From an uncultured Solirubrobacteraceae bacterium (GTDB taxonomy: Bacteria; Actinomycetota; Thermoleophilia; Solirubrobacterales; Solirubrobacteraceae), in contig CAVWNK010000004.1 of the NCBI GenBank assembly GCA_963756465.1, forward strand, positions 152,203 to 216,202: a stretch of 64,000 nucleotides of DNA, written 5' to 3'. Below, piece by piece: positions 1-8,801 of this stretch (positions within the stretch are counted from its first letter, which is position 1; every line of letters begins with the position of its first letter). The notes below the pieces were generated by a model that did no database searches, was not told where the DNA came from, and saw only the letters and a program-made list of their open reading frames with translations. Position numbers and translations under genes: made by a program.

Positions 1-1260
1 CAGCGTCGCCGTCGGGAAGCGTCTGCTTCTCGACGACCAGACGGCCGTCCTTCGTGTTCGTAAACGTGCACGTCACCGTCTCGCCGGGCGAGACGTCGAA
101 CGTCGCCTTGCGGTTGGGCTTATCGGTCGTGCTGTTCTGATCGTCGCAGGACAGGCCCGTCAGCTCCCAGCCGGCCTTCACGTTCTCCGTCGCCGTGTAC
201 GTGCCCGGCGCGACGTCACGACCCTCGGTGCCGTCGTCGGTCAGCGAGAACGTGCCCGCGCCGGTCGCCGTCGTCGTGAAGCCAAACGAGGCCGCATCGC
301 CGTCGGGAAGCGTCTGCTTCTCGACGACCAGACGGCCGTCCTTCGTGTTCGTAAACGTGCACGTCACCGTCTCACCGGGCGAGACATCGAACGTCGCGGT
401 CCTGGTCAGCTTGCTCGTCGTGCTGTTCTGATCGTCGCAGGACAGCCCCGTCAGCTCCCAGCCGGCCTTCATGTTCTCCGTCGCCGTGTACGTGCCCGGC
501 GCGACGTCACGACGACTCCGTACCACCGTCGGTCAGCGAGAACGTGCCCGCACCCGAGCGCCGTCGTCGTGAAGCCAAACGAAGCCGCATCGCCGTCGGG
601 AAGCGTCTGCTTCTCGACGACCAGACGGCCGTCCTTCGTGTTCGTGAACGTGCACGTCACCGTCTCACCGGGCGACACATCGAACGTCGCCTTGCGGTTG
701 GGCTTATCGGTCGTGCTGTTCTGATCGTCGCAGGACAGGCCCGTCAGCTCCCAGCCGGCCTTCACGTTCTCCGTCGCCGTGTACGAACCCGGCGCGACGT
801 CACGACCCTCGGTGCCGTTGTCGGTCAGCGCGAACGTGCCCGCACCCGAGGCCGTCGTCGTGAAGCCAAACGAAGCCGCATCGCCGTCGGGCAGCGTCTG
901 CTTCTCGACGACCAGACGGCCGTCCTTCGTGTTCGTAAACGTGCACGTCACCGTCTCACCGGGCGAGACATCGAACGTCGCGGTCCGGGTCGGCTTGCTC
1001 GTCGTGCTGTTCTGATCGTCGCAGGACAGCCCCGTGAGCTCCCAGCCGGCCTTCATGTTCTCCGTCGCGGTGTACGTGCCCGGCGCGACGTCACGACCCT
1101 CGGTGCCGTTGTCGGTCAGCGAGAACGTGCCCGCGCCCGAGGCCGTCGTCGTGAAGCCAAACGAAGCCGCGTCGCCGTCGGGCAGCGTCTGCTTCTCGAC
1201 GACCAGACGGCCGTCCTTCGTGTTCGTAAACGTGCACGTCACCGTCTCACCGGGCGACAC
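1..1260 (-). pseudogene. Continuation of the same repeat protein in two other reading frames (469..1260, then 1..~540). The 3' end lies outside the window.
   Basis: ORF 469..1260 encodes the same 97-aa repeat (SPGETVTCTFTNTKDGRLVVEKQTLPDGDAASFGFTTTASGAGTF...). It degenerates at its C-terminus after a second frame break near 505-560. The repeat DNA continues to position 1. Confidence 0.6.
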
Positions 1261-1870
1261 ATCGAACGTCGCGGTGCGAGTCGGGCTTGCTCGGTCGTGC
1301 TGTTCTGATCGTCGCAGGACAGCCCCGTCAGCTCCCAGCCGGCCTTCACGCTCTCCGTCGCCGTGTACGAACCCGGCGCGACGTCACGCGACTCCGTACC
1401 ACCATCGGTCAGCGAGAACGTGCCCGCACCCGAGGCCGTCGTCGTGAAGCCAAACGAAGCCGCGTCGCCGTCGGGCAGCGTCTGCTTCTCGACGACCAGA
1501 CGGCCGTCCTTCGTGTTCGTAAACGTGCACGTCACCGTCTCACCGGGCGACACATCGAACGTCGCCTTGCGGTTGGGCTTACTCGTCGTGCTGTTCTGAT
1601 CGTCGCAGGACAGCCCCGTCAGCTCCCAGCCGGCCTTCACGTTCTCCGTCGCCGTGTACGAACCCGGCGCGACGTCACGACCCTCGGTGCCGTTGTCGGT
1701 CAGCGCGAACGTGCCCGCACCCGTCGCCGTCGTCGTGAAGCCAAACGAAGCCGCATCGCCGTCGGGCAGCGTCTGCTTCTCGACGACCAGCCTGCCGGCC
1801 TTCGTGTTCGTGAACGTGCACGTCACCGTCTCACCGGCGGCGACGCGATACGTCGCGGTGCGCGTGGCGG
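1..1870. repeat. Tandem array of at least 6 near-identical ~291-bp coding repeats. Two more diverged units extend to ~2440.
   Basis: Unit starts at 961, 1252 and 1545 were aligned directly. Spurious + strand ORFs recur at 195, 779, 1363 and 1654. Unit length is 291 bp, except two units of 293 bp. Confidence 0.9.
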
Positions 1871-3374
1871 TGGAGCCGGTGCTGTCGGCGTCGTCGCAGG
1901 TCAGGTTCGACAGCGACCAGCCGCTCTCGGCGTCCTCGGCCACCGTGTACATGCCGGGCAGGACGTCGATCGTCTCGGTCTGGCCGTCGGTCAGGGCGAA
2001 CGGTCCCGCACCCGTCGCCGTCGTCGTGAAGCCGAAGGACTCGGGATCGCCGTCGGGCAGCGTCTGCTTCTCGACGATGATCTGGCCGCGGCGGGTGTTC
2101 GTGTACATGCACGTGACCTCCTCGCCGGAGTCGACCTTGAGCGTTGCTGTGCGCGTCGCCAGGGATGTCGTCGTGGGAACGTTCGTCACCGCGCCGGTCT
2201 CCGTGCAGGACAGGCCGGTGAGGTCGTAGCCCTTGGAGCCGGGATCCGTCTCGGCGACGGTGTAGGTGCCCGGCTGGACCTTGACGATCGTCTCCGTGTC
2301 GCCGCCGGCGAGCTCGAACGCGGTCGGCGTCGTGTCGGGAGAGCCTTCGGCGATCGCATCGACGTCCGTGGTGAAGTCGAACTTCGTCGGCGGCACGGTG
2401 GCCGCACCGACGGTCGTCTTCTTGATGACGACCCGGCCGCAGTTGTTGACACCGACCTTGCTCGGCGCGATGAAGTCCGATGGGTCCGAGGTGATCGAGC
2501 CCGACTGGCGTGAGCGCACCCAGAAGGCACCGAAATCCGCGCACGGCGCCTGGCCGGGGCCGCCGAGGTTCAGCGCAGCGGTGAGGTCGATCGCGGCCTC
2601 GCCGAACTGGCCGGCAGCGAGCGTGCCGCCGCCCTGAAGGAAGTTCGTGATCGGGAAGTTGAGGTTCGTCTCGCCCTGTGCGAGACCGCTCGCGGTGAGG
2701 TCGGTGCAGTTGGACCATGTTCCCAGCAGCCACGCGGCGGCTGGATCGGTGGGGACCCAGCGGCACAGCTTGATGACGACGCTGGAGTTGCCGGTGCGGT
2801 CGTAGGCGATGAGGATGTCGCCCGCGCGGCGCTTGATCGCTGTGGCGCCGGTCGACGTCGTGAAGGTCTCGCTCGGCGCGTTCTGGTTGAGCTCGAAGCT
2901 GTAGTTCACCGACCCGCTGGCCTCCTCACGAGCGAAGGCGAGGTAGAAAAAGAGGTGGTTGGGCTGGGCGTCGGGGTAGCCCCAGGCCGCGAGGATGTTC
3001 GTCTTGTTGTTCGGGAAGTCGCTGTTGAAGCCCCAGTCCTTCGGCTTCTCCTCCTTGGAGCCACCCGTGAAGACGTTCAGCCCCGTCGCGGTGTCGTTGT
3101 CGATCAGCGCCGTGCCACCGCCGCTGCCGAAGCCGCCGTCGGCGACGATCTGCTGCCAGTCGTAGCTGCCGGCAGTACCCGTGATGTTGCACTGGTCGCC
3201 GTCGGCGCCCTGGAACGTCGAGAACGGGAGGGGGGACAGCATCGCGCCGGGACGACACTGGTCGGCGGCCTGGGCCGGCGCAGCACCGAGAAGCGCGGCG
3301 AACATGAGCGCTGCGAGCGCGACGAAGAGCGCCGACGGCGTTCGCCGTCCGGCCGCTGGTGCGGTGGCTTCCAT
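1239..3374 (-). CDS. Secreted cell-surface protein, N-terminal part: signal peptide, unique ~300-aa domain, then SpaA/Cna-B-like (prealbumin-fold) repeats. The ORF ends prematurely after a frame disruption near 1280-1296.
   Basis: 711-aa ORF. The N-terminus ...ALFVALAALMFAALLGAAPAQA looks like a signal peptide. Repeated units carry G(T/S)YT..E....GW.L..L.C and GE.VTCTFTNTK.G.L.V.K motifs. GC3 is high. Confidence 0.75.
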   Translation of the reverse strand: MEATAPAAGRRTPSALFVALAALMFAALLGAAPAQAADQCRPGAMLSPLPFSTFQGADGDQCNITGTAGSYDWQQIVADGGFGSGGGTALIDNDTATGLNVFTGGSKEEKPKDWGFNSDFPNNKTNILAAWGYPDAQPNHLFFYLAFAREEASGSVNYSFELNQNAPSETFTTSTGATAIKRRAGDILIAYDRTGNSSVVIKLCRWVPTDPAAAWLLGTWSNCTDLTASGLAQGETNLNFPITNFLQGGGTLAAGQFGEAAIDLTAALNLGGPGQAPCADFGAFWVRSRQSGSITSDPSDFIAPSKVGVNNCGRVVIKKTTVGAATVPPTKFDFTTDVDAIAEGSPDTTPTAFELAGGDTETIVKVQPGTYTVAETDPGSKGYDLTGLSCTETGAVTNVPTTTSLATRTATLKVDSGEEVTCMYTNTRRGQIIVEKQTLPDGDPESFGFTTTATGAGPFALTDGQTETIDVLPGMYTVAEDAESGWSLSNLTCDDADSTGSTATRTATYRVAAGETVTCTFTNTKAGRLVVEKQTLPDGDAASFGFTTTATGAGTFALTDNGTEGRDVAPGSYTATENVKAGWELTGLSCDDQNSTTSKPNRKATFDVSPGETVTCTFTNTKDGRLVVEKQTLPDGDAASFGFTTTASGAGTFSLTDGGTESRDVAPGSYTATESVKAGWELTGLSCDDQNSTTEQARLAPRRSMCRPVRR

Positions 3375-3632
3375 GCCGACCTTCCTTGGTGATCGTTAGG
3401 GCCGGATTCGGCACCCGTCTCGCGCACAGTGCTGCCCCGCGAGAGATAGATGAACGTCCGTGTCTGCACAGGTTGTAGCGGAAAAGCGGCAAGAAGCTCC
3501 TACTTTCTTCATACGACATTCGTCCAGGTTTGATGAGCGCCGCGAAAGCTCTGTCGATCGAGGCGGAGCAGATCGTCAGCAGCCACGGGCCTGGACACGA
3601 GTTCTGGCGCGCCGGGAACCGGACGTTCCGGC

Positions 3633-5678
3633 GTGAGCTTCGGGCATCATGTCGGCGCAGTGCGCCTCATCTCCGCCCTCGCGGTGGCCGTCGCGCTCGT
3701 GCTCGTCCTCCCGGGCGCTGCGCTTGCCGCCGACCCGCCCGGACCGGTCTCGCTCTCGCAGGGCTGGGATTTCGCCACCGATCCGGACGATCAGGGCACG
3801 ATCGCCAATTGGCAGAGCGGCGAGCAGGGCTTCGGCTGGGAGCCCGCGACGATCCCGCACGTGCTCGACGCGAGCACGAAGCCCGACGTCTTCTACGGCT
3901 CGATCGGCTGGTACCGGCTGAAGTTCAGCGGGCCGCAGACGCCGGCCGGCCTGAGCTGGGCGCTGCGCTTCGAGCAGGTGCGGCGGATCGCGCGCGTCTG
4001 GCTCAACGGCGACGAGCTCGGGATCCACCGCGATCCCTACACCCCGTTCGAGCTGCCGGCACGCGGTCTGCGTCCCGGAGAGCCGAACACGCTCGTCGTG
4101 CGCGTCGACTACCGCCGCTCGCGCGCGCTGCGCGAGGGCTGGTGGAATTGGGGCGGGATCACGCGCCCGGTCTCGCTCGTCGCGCGCGGGCCCGTCGTGC
4201 TGCACGACGCCGGCCTGCTGCCGCGGCGCGTGTGCGTGCGATCGACCTGCGCGTGGAACGTGCTCGTCGACGGCTGGCTGGAGAACGCGAGCGACACGAT
4301 CCAGGCGCCGTCGGTGTCTGTGCGGCTGCGGGCGGGCGACGGGACCGTGTCCGAGGGCAGCGCCGCGCCGCGCCGGCTGCAGCCCGGCGAGCGCGTGCGG
4401 GTGCGCTTCGCGGTGCCCGTGCGCGGCGCCCCGAAGGTCTGGTCTCCCGACAGCCCGAACCTCTACGCGGCGACGGTCGCGACGCGCTCGGGCGGTCAGG
4501 TCGTGCAGCTCGACCGGCGCCGGATCGGGCTGCGCACCGTCGCGGTCGTCGACGGGATGCTGCGCCTCAACGGCCGCGTGCTCGACCTGCGCGGCGCGTC
4601 GGTGCAGGAGGACATCCCGGGCCGGGGCCCGGCGCTGACCGACGCCGACATCGAGAACACCGTCGAGGAGCTCAAGGCGCTCGGCGCGAACGTCACGCGC
4701 GCGCACTACCTGCTCGACCAGCGCCTGCTGGACCGCCTCGACGCCGCGGGGATCCTCGTCTGGGCGCAGTCGCCGGTCTACCACCGCGACAAGCAGCTGC
4801 GCACGCCAGGCCAGCGCTCCTTCGAGCTCGACGTCGTACGCAAGACGATCCTCGAGGCACGCAACCACCCCTCCGTGATCACGCATTCGGTCGCCAACGA
4901 GCTGACGGCGCTGCCCGACAAGCAGCGCACGTCGCAGGTCTGGATGCGCAACGCCGCCGCGCTGGCCCGCGACCTGGACCCGACGCTGCCGGTCTCGATC
5001 GACATCCTCTCCTACCCCGGCATCCCGCGACAGCGGACCTACGACGCCTTCGACATGCTCGGGATCAACTCGTACTACGGCTGGTACGAGGGCAAAGCCG
5101 ACCGCTCGACGGCCGACATCGATGACCTCGCGCCGTACCTGCGCGCGATGCGCAACAAGTATCCGGGCAAGGCGCTCGTGATCACCGAGTTCGGCGCGGA
5201 GGCGACCGAGCCCGGCCCGGCCGACGTCAAGCAGACCTACGCGTTCCAGACGCGCTACCTCGAGCGCAACCTCGACATCATCGACCGCCTCGGCTTCATG
5301 GGCGGGGCGATCTACTGGACCGCGCGCGAGTTCGCCGTCAAGCCGAAGTGGGACGGCGGCGCACACCCGCTCGTGCGCGACTCGATCCACAACAAGGCGC
5401 TGATCTCCTACGACGGCAAGATCAAGCCCGCCTTCACCGCGGCGCAGGAGGCGTTCAAGGCGACGCCGCTGTACCGCGACGACCCCGAGGCGGTCGTGCG
5501 CGCGCAGCTGTCGGCACCGGGCGCGCTGATCCCCCGCCTGCTGCTGCTCCTCGGCGCCGTCGGCTTCATCCTCGCGCTGCTGGCGCTCGACGCCTGGTGC
5601 CTGCGCGACATCTGGCGCACCTGGCGCCCGGCGGGCCAGGGGGAGGTCGTCGAGCTGCCGGCGCGGCGGGTGGCCTAG
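3633..5678 (+). CDS. Glycoside hydrolase family 2 (beta-galactosidase/glucuronidase-like), with an N-terminal signal peptide and a C-terminal TM helix
   Basis: GH2-like sugar-binding region (WYRLKF..., LNGDELG, NTLVVRVDY). TIM-barrel region (NVTRAHY, NHPSVITHSVANE, ITEFGAEA). N-terminal hydrophobic LISALAVAVALVLVLPGAALA. C-terminal LLLLLGAVGFILALLAL. Confidence 0.85.
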   Translation: MSFGHHVGAVRLISALAVAVALVLVLPGAALAADPPGPVSLSQGWDFATDPDDQGTIANWQSGEQGFGWEPATIPHVLDASTKPDVFYGSIGWYRLKFSGPQTPAGLSWALRFEQVRRIARVWLNGDELGIHRDPYTPFELPARGLRPGEPNTLVVRVDYRRSRALREGWWNWGGITRPVSLVARGPVVLHDAGLLPRRVCVRSTCAWNVLVDGWLENASDTIQAPSVSVRLRAGDGTVSEGSAAPRRLQPGERVRVRFAVPVRGAPKVWSPDSPNLYAATVATRSGGQVVQLDRRRIGLRTVAVVDGMLRLNGRVLDLRGASVQEDIPGRGPALTDADIENTVEELKALGANVTRAHYLLDQRLLDRLDAAGILVWAQSPVYHRDKQLRTPGQRSFELDVVRKTILEARNHPSVITHSVANELTALPDKQRTSQVWMRNAAALARDLDPTLPVSIDILSYPGIPRQRTYDAFDMLGINSYYGWYEGKADRSTADIDDLAPYLRAMRNKYPGKALVITEFGAEATEPGPADVKQTYAFQTRYLERNLDIIDRLGFMGGAIYWTAREFAVKPKWDGGAHPLVRDSIHNKALISYDGKIKPAFTAAQEAFKATPLYRDDPEAVVRAQLSAPGALIPRLLLLLGAVGFILALLALDAWCLRDIWRTWRPAGQGEVVELPARRVA

Positions 5679-6079
5679 CGATCCTCGTCTCGTGCCGTGC
5701 GGGCATCGACCGCCGCCCGGATCTGGCTGGCCACGGTGGGCATCTCCCGTTCGAGGACTCGGACGTCGTGGCCCTGGAGAACCGCCAGTTTCATCGGTGT
5801 TCTGGCGACCACCGTGGAGGTGCGGCGGCGGCTGCCGTCCAGCAACGCGATCTCCCCGAAGAAGTCGCCGGGGCCAAGCTCCGCGATCTCGGTGCCGTCC
5901 TGGCTGCACGACGCCGTGCCGTCTTCGATGACGAAGAGCTCATAGGCCAGCTCGCCCTCGCTGGCCAGCGTATGGCCGGCCTCTACGTCGACCTCGTCGA
6001 TCAACGGCGCCACTCGTTTGCGCTCGCGCTTGCTCAGCTCCGAGAAGAGCGACAGATGCTGGAGGCGAACCTCGTCCAC
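5675..6079 (-). CDS. Cyclic nucleotide-binding domain protein
   Basis: 134 aa with the cNMP-binding signature GDFFGEIALLDG..RT.TVVA. Its stop overlaps the GH2 stop convergently by 4 nt. Confidence 0.85.
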   Translation of the reverse strand: MDEVRLQHLSLFSELSKRERKRVAPLIDEVDVEAGHTLASEGELAYELFVIEDGTASCSQDGTEIAELGPGDFFGEIALLDGSRRRTSTVVARTPMKLAVLQGHDVRVLEREMPTVASQIRAAVDARTARDEDR

Positions 6080-6146
6080 GTGATGCCGAGGCTAGCTGCG
6101 CGGTGGGGCGACGGTCAAGCGATAGCGGCAAACGCGGCGGCCGCCG

Positions 6147-7226
6147 CTACGGCGTGAACTTCACCGTCAGGACGTCGCCGTCGGTCATCGCGTAGTCGCG
6201 GCCCTCGAGGCGCAGCGTGCCGCGGTCGCGCGCGCCGGCGTAGCCGCCGGCGTCGACGAGGGCGTCCCAGCCGACGACCTCGGCGCGCACGAAGCCCTTC
6301 TGGATGTCGGAGTGGATCTGGCCGGCGGCGTGCCATGCGGTGAGCCCGCGCCTGAGGTGCCAGGACTGCGCCGGCTTGTCCTCGCCGGCGGTGAAGAACG
6401 CGATGAGGTCGAGCAGGGAGAAAGCGCCGTTGACGACGCGCTGCAGGCCGGTGTCCGCCAGGCCGAGGTCCTCACGCATCGCGGTGGCGTCCTCGTCCTC
6501 GAGCTCGGACAGCTCAGCCTCGATCCGGCTGGAGACCGCGACGGCACCGGCGCCCTGGGCGGCGGCGTACTCGGCGATGGCCTCCGAAACTTCGTGCTCG
6601 CCCTCGTCGACGTTCGCGACGAACAGCACGGGCTTGGCGGTCAGCGGGCCGAGCTCGCGCACGGCGTTGGGGGCGTCGGCGGGCGGCGCGACCGTGCGTG
6701 CCGGGCGACCCGCATGCAGCGCGTCGACGAGCTCGCGCAGCCAGGCCTCCTCGGCGATCGCCGCGCGGTCGCCGCTGCGCGCTATGCGCACGACGCGCTC
6801 CAGGCGCCGCTCGGCGCCCTCGAGGTCGGCGAAGATCAGCTCGGTCTCGATCGTCTCGATGTCGGCCATCGGATCGACGCGGCCCTCGGGATGGATGACG
6901 TTCGGGTCGTTGTGCGCGCGGACGACGTGCAGGATCGCGTCGGTCTCGCGGATGTTCGCGAGGAAGCGGTTGCCCAGGCCCTCGCCGCTGTGCGCGCCAG
7001 CCACGAGCCCCGCGATGTCGTGAAAGGAGATCGTGTCCCAGACGATGTTCGACGCGCCGAGCGTCATGGCGACCTGCTCGAGGCGCTCGTCGGTGACGGG
7101 CACGACGGCGACGTTCGGTTCGATCGTCGTGAACGGATAGTTCGCGGCCTCCGCTCCGGCCTTCGTCAGCGCGTTGAACAGCGACGACTTGCCGGCGTTG
7201 GGCATCCCGACGATCCCGACCTTCAT
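6147..7226 (-). CDS. ychF: Ribosome-binding ATPase YchF (Obg-like GTPase family)
   Basis: [21 protein letters not shown]..., [11 protein letters not shown], and the C-terminal TGS-like ...[13 protein letters not shown] at 7226 gives 359 aa. The upstream part of the 873-aa track ORF is Arg-rich and not part of the gene. Confidence 0.95.
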   Translation of the reverse strand: MKVGIVGMPNAGKSSLFNALTKAGAEAANYPFTTIEPNVAVVPVTDERLEQVAMTLGASNIVWDTISFHDIAGLVAGAHSGEGLGNRFLANIRETDAILHVVRAHNDPNVIHPEGRVDPMADIETIETELIFADLEGAERRLERVVRIARSGDRAAIAEEAWLRELVDALHAGRPARTVAPPADAPNAVRELGPLTAKPVLFVANVDEGEHEVSEAIAEYAAAQGAGAVAVSSRIEAELSELEDEDATAMREDLGLADTGLQRVVNGAFSLLDLIAFFTAGEDKPAQSWHLRRGLTAWHAAGQIHSDIQKGFVRAEVVGWDALVDAGGYAGARDRGTLRLEGRDYAMTDGDVLTVKFTP

Positions 7227-7807
7227 GTCCGCGGCCCCCGTCCCGCGCTGCCGACGAGCGTGCCGAGCAGCGCCCCGGCGGCGATGTCGGAGGGGTAGTG
7301 CACGCCGAGGTAGACCCGCGACAGCGCCATCGCGGCCGCCGCCGAGTACAGCGGCGCGGCCGGCAGCAGCGACGAGTAGGCGCGCGCGGCGGCGAACGAC
7401 GACGACGCGTGCGCCGACGGGAAGCTCAGCGACGTCGGCGTCGAGATCAGCGCGGGCAGCCGCTCCAGCTGCGGGCGCCTGCGGCGCACGACGGTCTTCA
7501 GCAACGTGTTCAGCGCGTAGGCGACGACGACCGAGCGGGTCGCCCGCAGCCACCGCGTGCGCTGCTCGTGGTCCAGCAGGGCGCCGGCGAGACCGAGCAC
7601 GAGCCACATGGCGGCGTGCTCGCCGAGGCTCGAGAAGCGGCGGATCGGCGCCTCGATCGCCGGGTCGTGACCGTTCTCGCGCAGCAGGCGGTAGAGGCGC
7701 ACGTCGACCTTGGCGACGGCGCGCGCGACGGGCCCGGCGCGCAGGCGGGCGCGCAGCGATCTGCGTGCCGCGGGCTCGGCGACGGGCGGCACTGGAGCGG
7801 CATTCAC
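7223..7807 (-). CDS. PAP2-family phosphatase (membrane). Start uncertain: GTG 7807 or the track start at 7900.
   Basis: PAP2 motifs SFPSAHASSS and LGVHYPSDIAAGALLG. Stop TGA overlaps the ychF ATG (ATGA). Confidence 0.75.
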   Translation of the reverse strand: MNAAPVPPVAEPAARRSLRARLRAGPVARAVAKVDVRLYRLLRENGHDPAIEAPIRRFSSLGEHAAMWLVLGLAGALLDHEQRTRWLRATRSVVVAYALNTLLKTVVRRRRPQLERLPALISTPTSLSFPSAHASSSFAAARAYSSLLPAAPLYSAAAAMALSRVYLGVHYPSDIAAGALLGTLVGSAGRGPRT

Positions 7808-7907
7808 GGCGAAGGACGATAGCCGCGCGCTCGTCGCCCACCGGTGCGCGCGGCGCAACCGCGGTCCAGGACCGCGTCCGCGGCGGGCGATCGGGCACAC
7901 TCCACGT

Positions 7908-8801
7908 GTGCGGCTGGCCCTGATCGCGAACCCACGCTCGGGGACAGCCCCCGAGCCCGAAGCGCTGGAGGCGCTGCTGCGGGCCGGTGGCGCCGACGTG
8001 TCCTACGTCCCGATCGAGCAGGTCGCCGACGAGGAAGGCGGCACGTTGGCGGACGGCGCGCTGCGCGCGCTGCGCGCCGAGGGCGCCCCCGACCGCATCG
8101 TCGTGGCCGGCGGCGACGGCTCGATCGGCCCGGCCGCGCTGTGTGCCGCGCACCTCGCGATCCCGCTCGCCGTCATCGCGGCCGGCACCGCCAACGACTT
8201 CGCCCGCGCGAAGGGACTGCCGCTCGACGATCTCGAGGCGGCCTGCGCGCTCGCCCGCGACCCGGCCGCGCGCGACCGGCACGCGGAGCTCGGGATGGCC
8301 GGCAAGCGCCCGTTCGTCAACGCCGCCGCGGCCGGCCTGTCGGTCGCCGCGGCGCGCGCCGCCAAGCCGCACAAGTCGCGCCTGGGGCCGGTCGCCTACG
8401 CCGTCGGGGCGCTCAAGGCCGGCGTCACGGCGTCGCCGCTGCGCTGCACGATCAAGGTCGACGGCACGCCCGCCTACGAGGGCGCCGCCTGGCAGGTGAT
8501 CGTCGGCGCCACGGGCGCCTTCGGCGGCGGCAGCGAGATCGGCGCCACGAGCGACGAGGACGGGCTGCTCGACGTCGCCGTCGTCCCCGCGGGGTCGCGC
8601 GTCGCGCTCGTGCGGCGCGCGTTCGGCATGAAGACCGGCGGCCTGACCGCGCAGCACGACGTGCCGCACGAGCGCGGCAGGGAGATCGAGGTCGAGCTCG
8701 ACGGCCAGCCGGCGTTCAACGTCGACGGCGAGACCTGCCGCTGCGAGCCAGCCCGCTTCACGCTGCACGAGGGAGGATTCGAGATCGTGATCGGATCATG
8801 A
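7908..8801 (+). CDS. Diacylglycerol kinase-family lipid kinase (YegS/BmrU-like)
   Basis: VRLALIANPRSG..., VVAGGDGSIG, and GTANDFAR motifs. GTG at 7908 is in frame with ORF 7710..8801. Confidence 0.85.
   Translation: MRLALIANPRSGTAPEPEALEALLRAGGADVSYVPIEQVADEEGGTLADGALRALRAEGAPDRIVVAGGDGSIGPAALCAAHLAIPLAVIAAGTANDFARAKGLPLDDLEAACALARDPAARDRHAELGMAGKRPFVNAAAAGLSVAAARAAKPHKSRLGPVAYAVGALKAGVTASPLRCTIKVDGTPAYEGAAWQVIVGATGAFGGGSEIGATSDEDGLLDVAVVPAGSRVALVRRAFGMKTGGLTAQHDVPHERGREIEVELDGQPAFNVDGETCRCEPARFTLHEGGFEIVIGS

Noticed and set aside
1-1870. Regular ~291-bp periodicity as a possible CRISPR or satellite array
   Set aside because: The units are contiguous with no spacers, and they encode an in-frame protein domain repeat. 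No cas genes are present in the window.
3576-5909. 777-aa ORF on the - strand, and the 531-aa + strand ORF 3530..5125, both overlapping the GH2 gene
   Set aside because: Both are Arg/Ala/Gly/Pro-rich translations with no motifs. This is typical of off-frame and antisense reading of very GC-rich coding DNA. The GH2 frame carries clear family motifs.
6147-8768. 873-aa track ORF containing ychF
   Set aside because: The YchF domain starts at MKVGIVG (7226). The upstream 514 aa are Arg/Ala-rich and overlap the PAP2, lipid kinase and PLD genes in other frames or strands.
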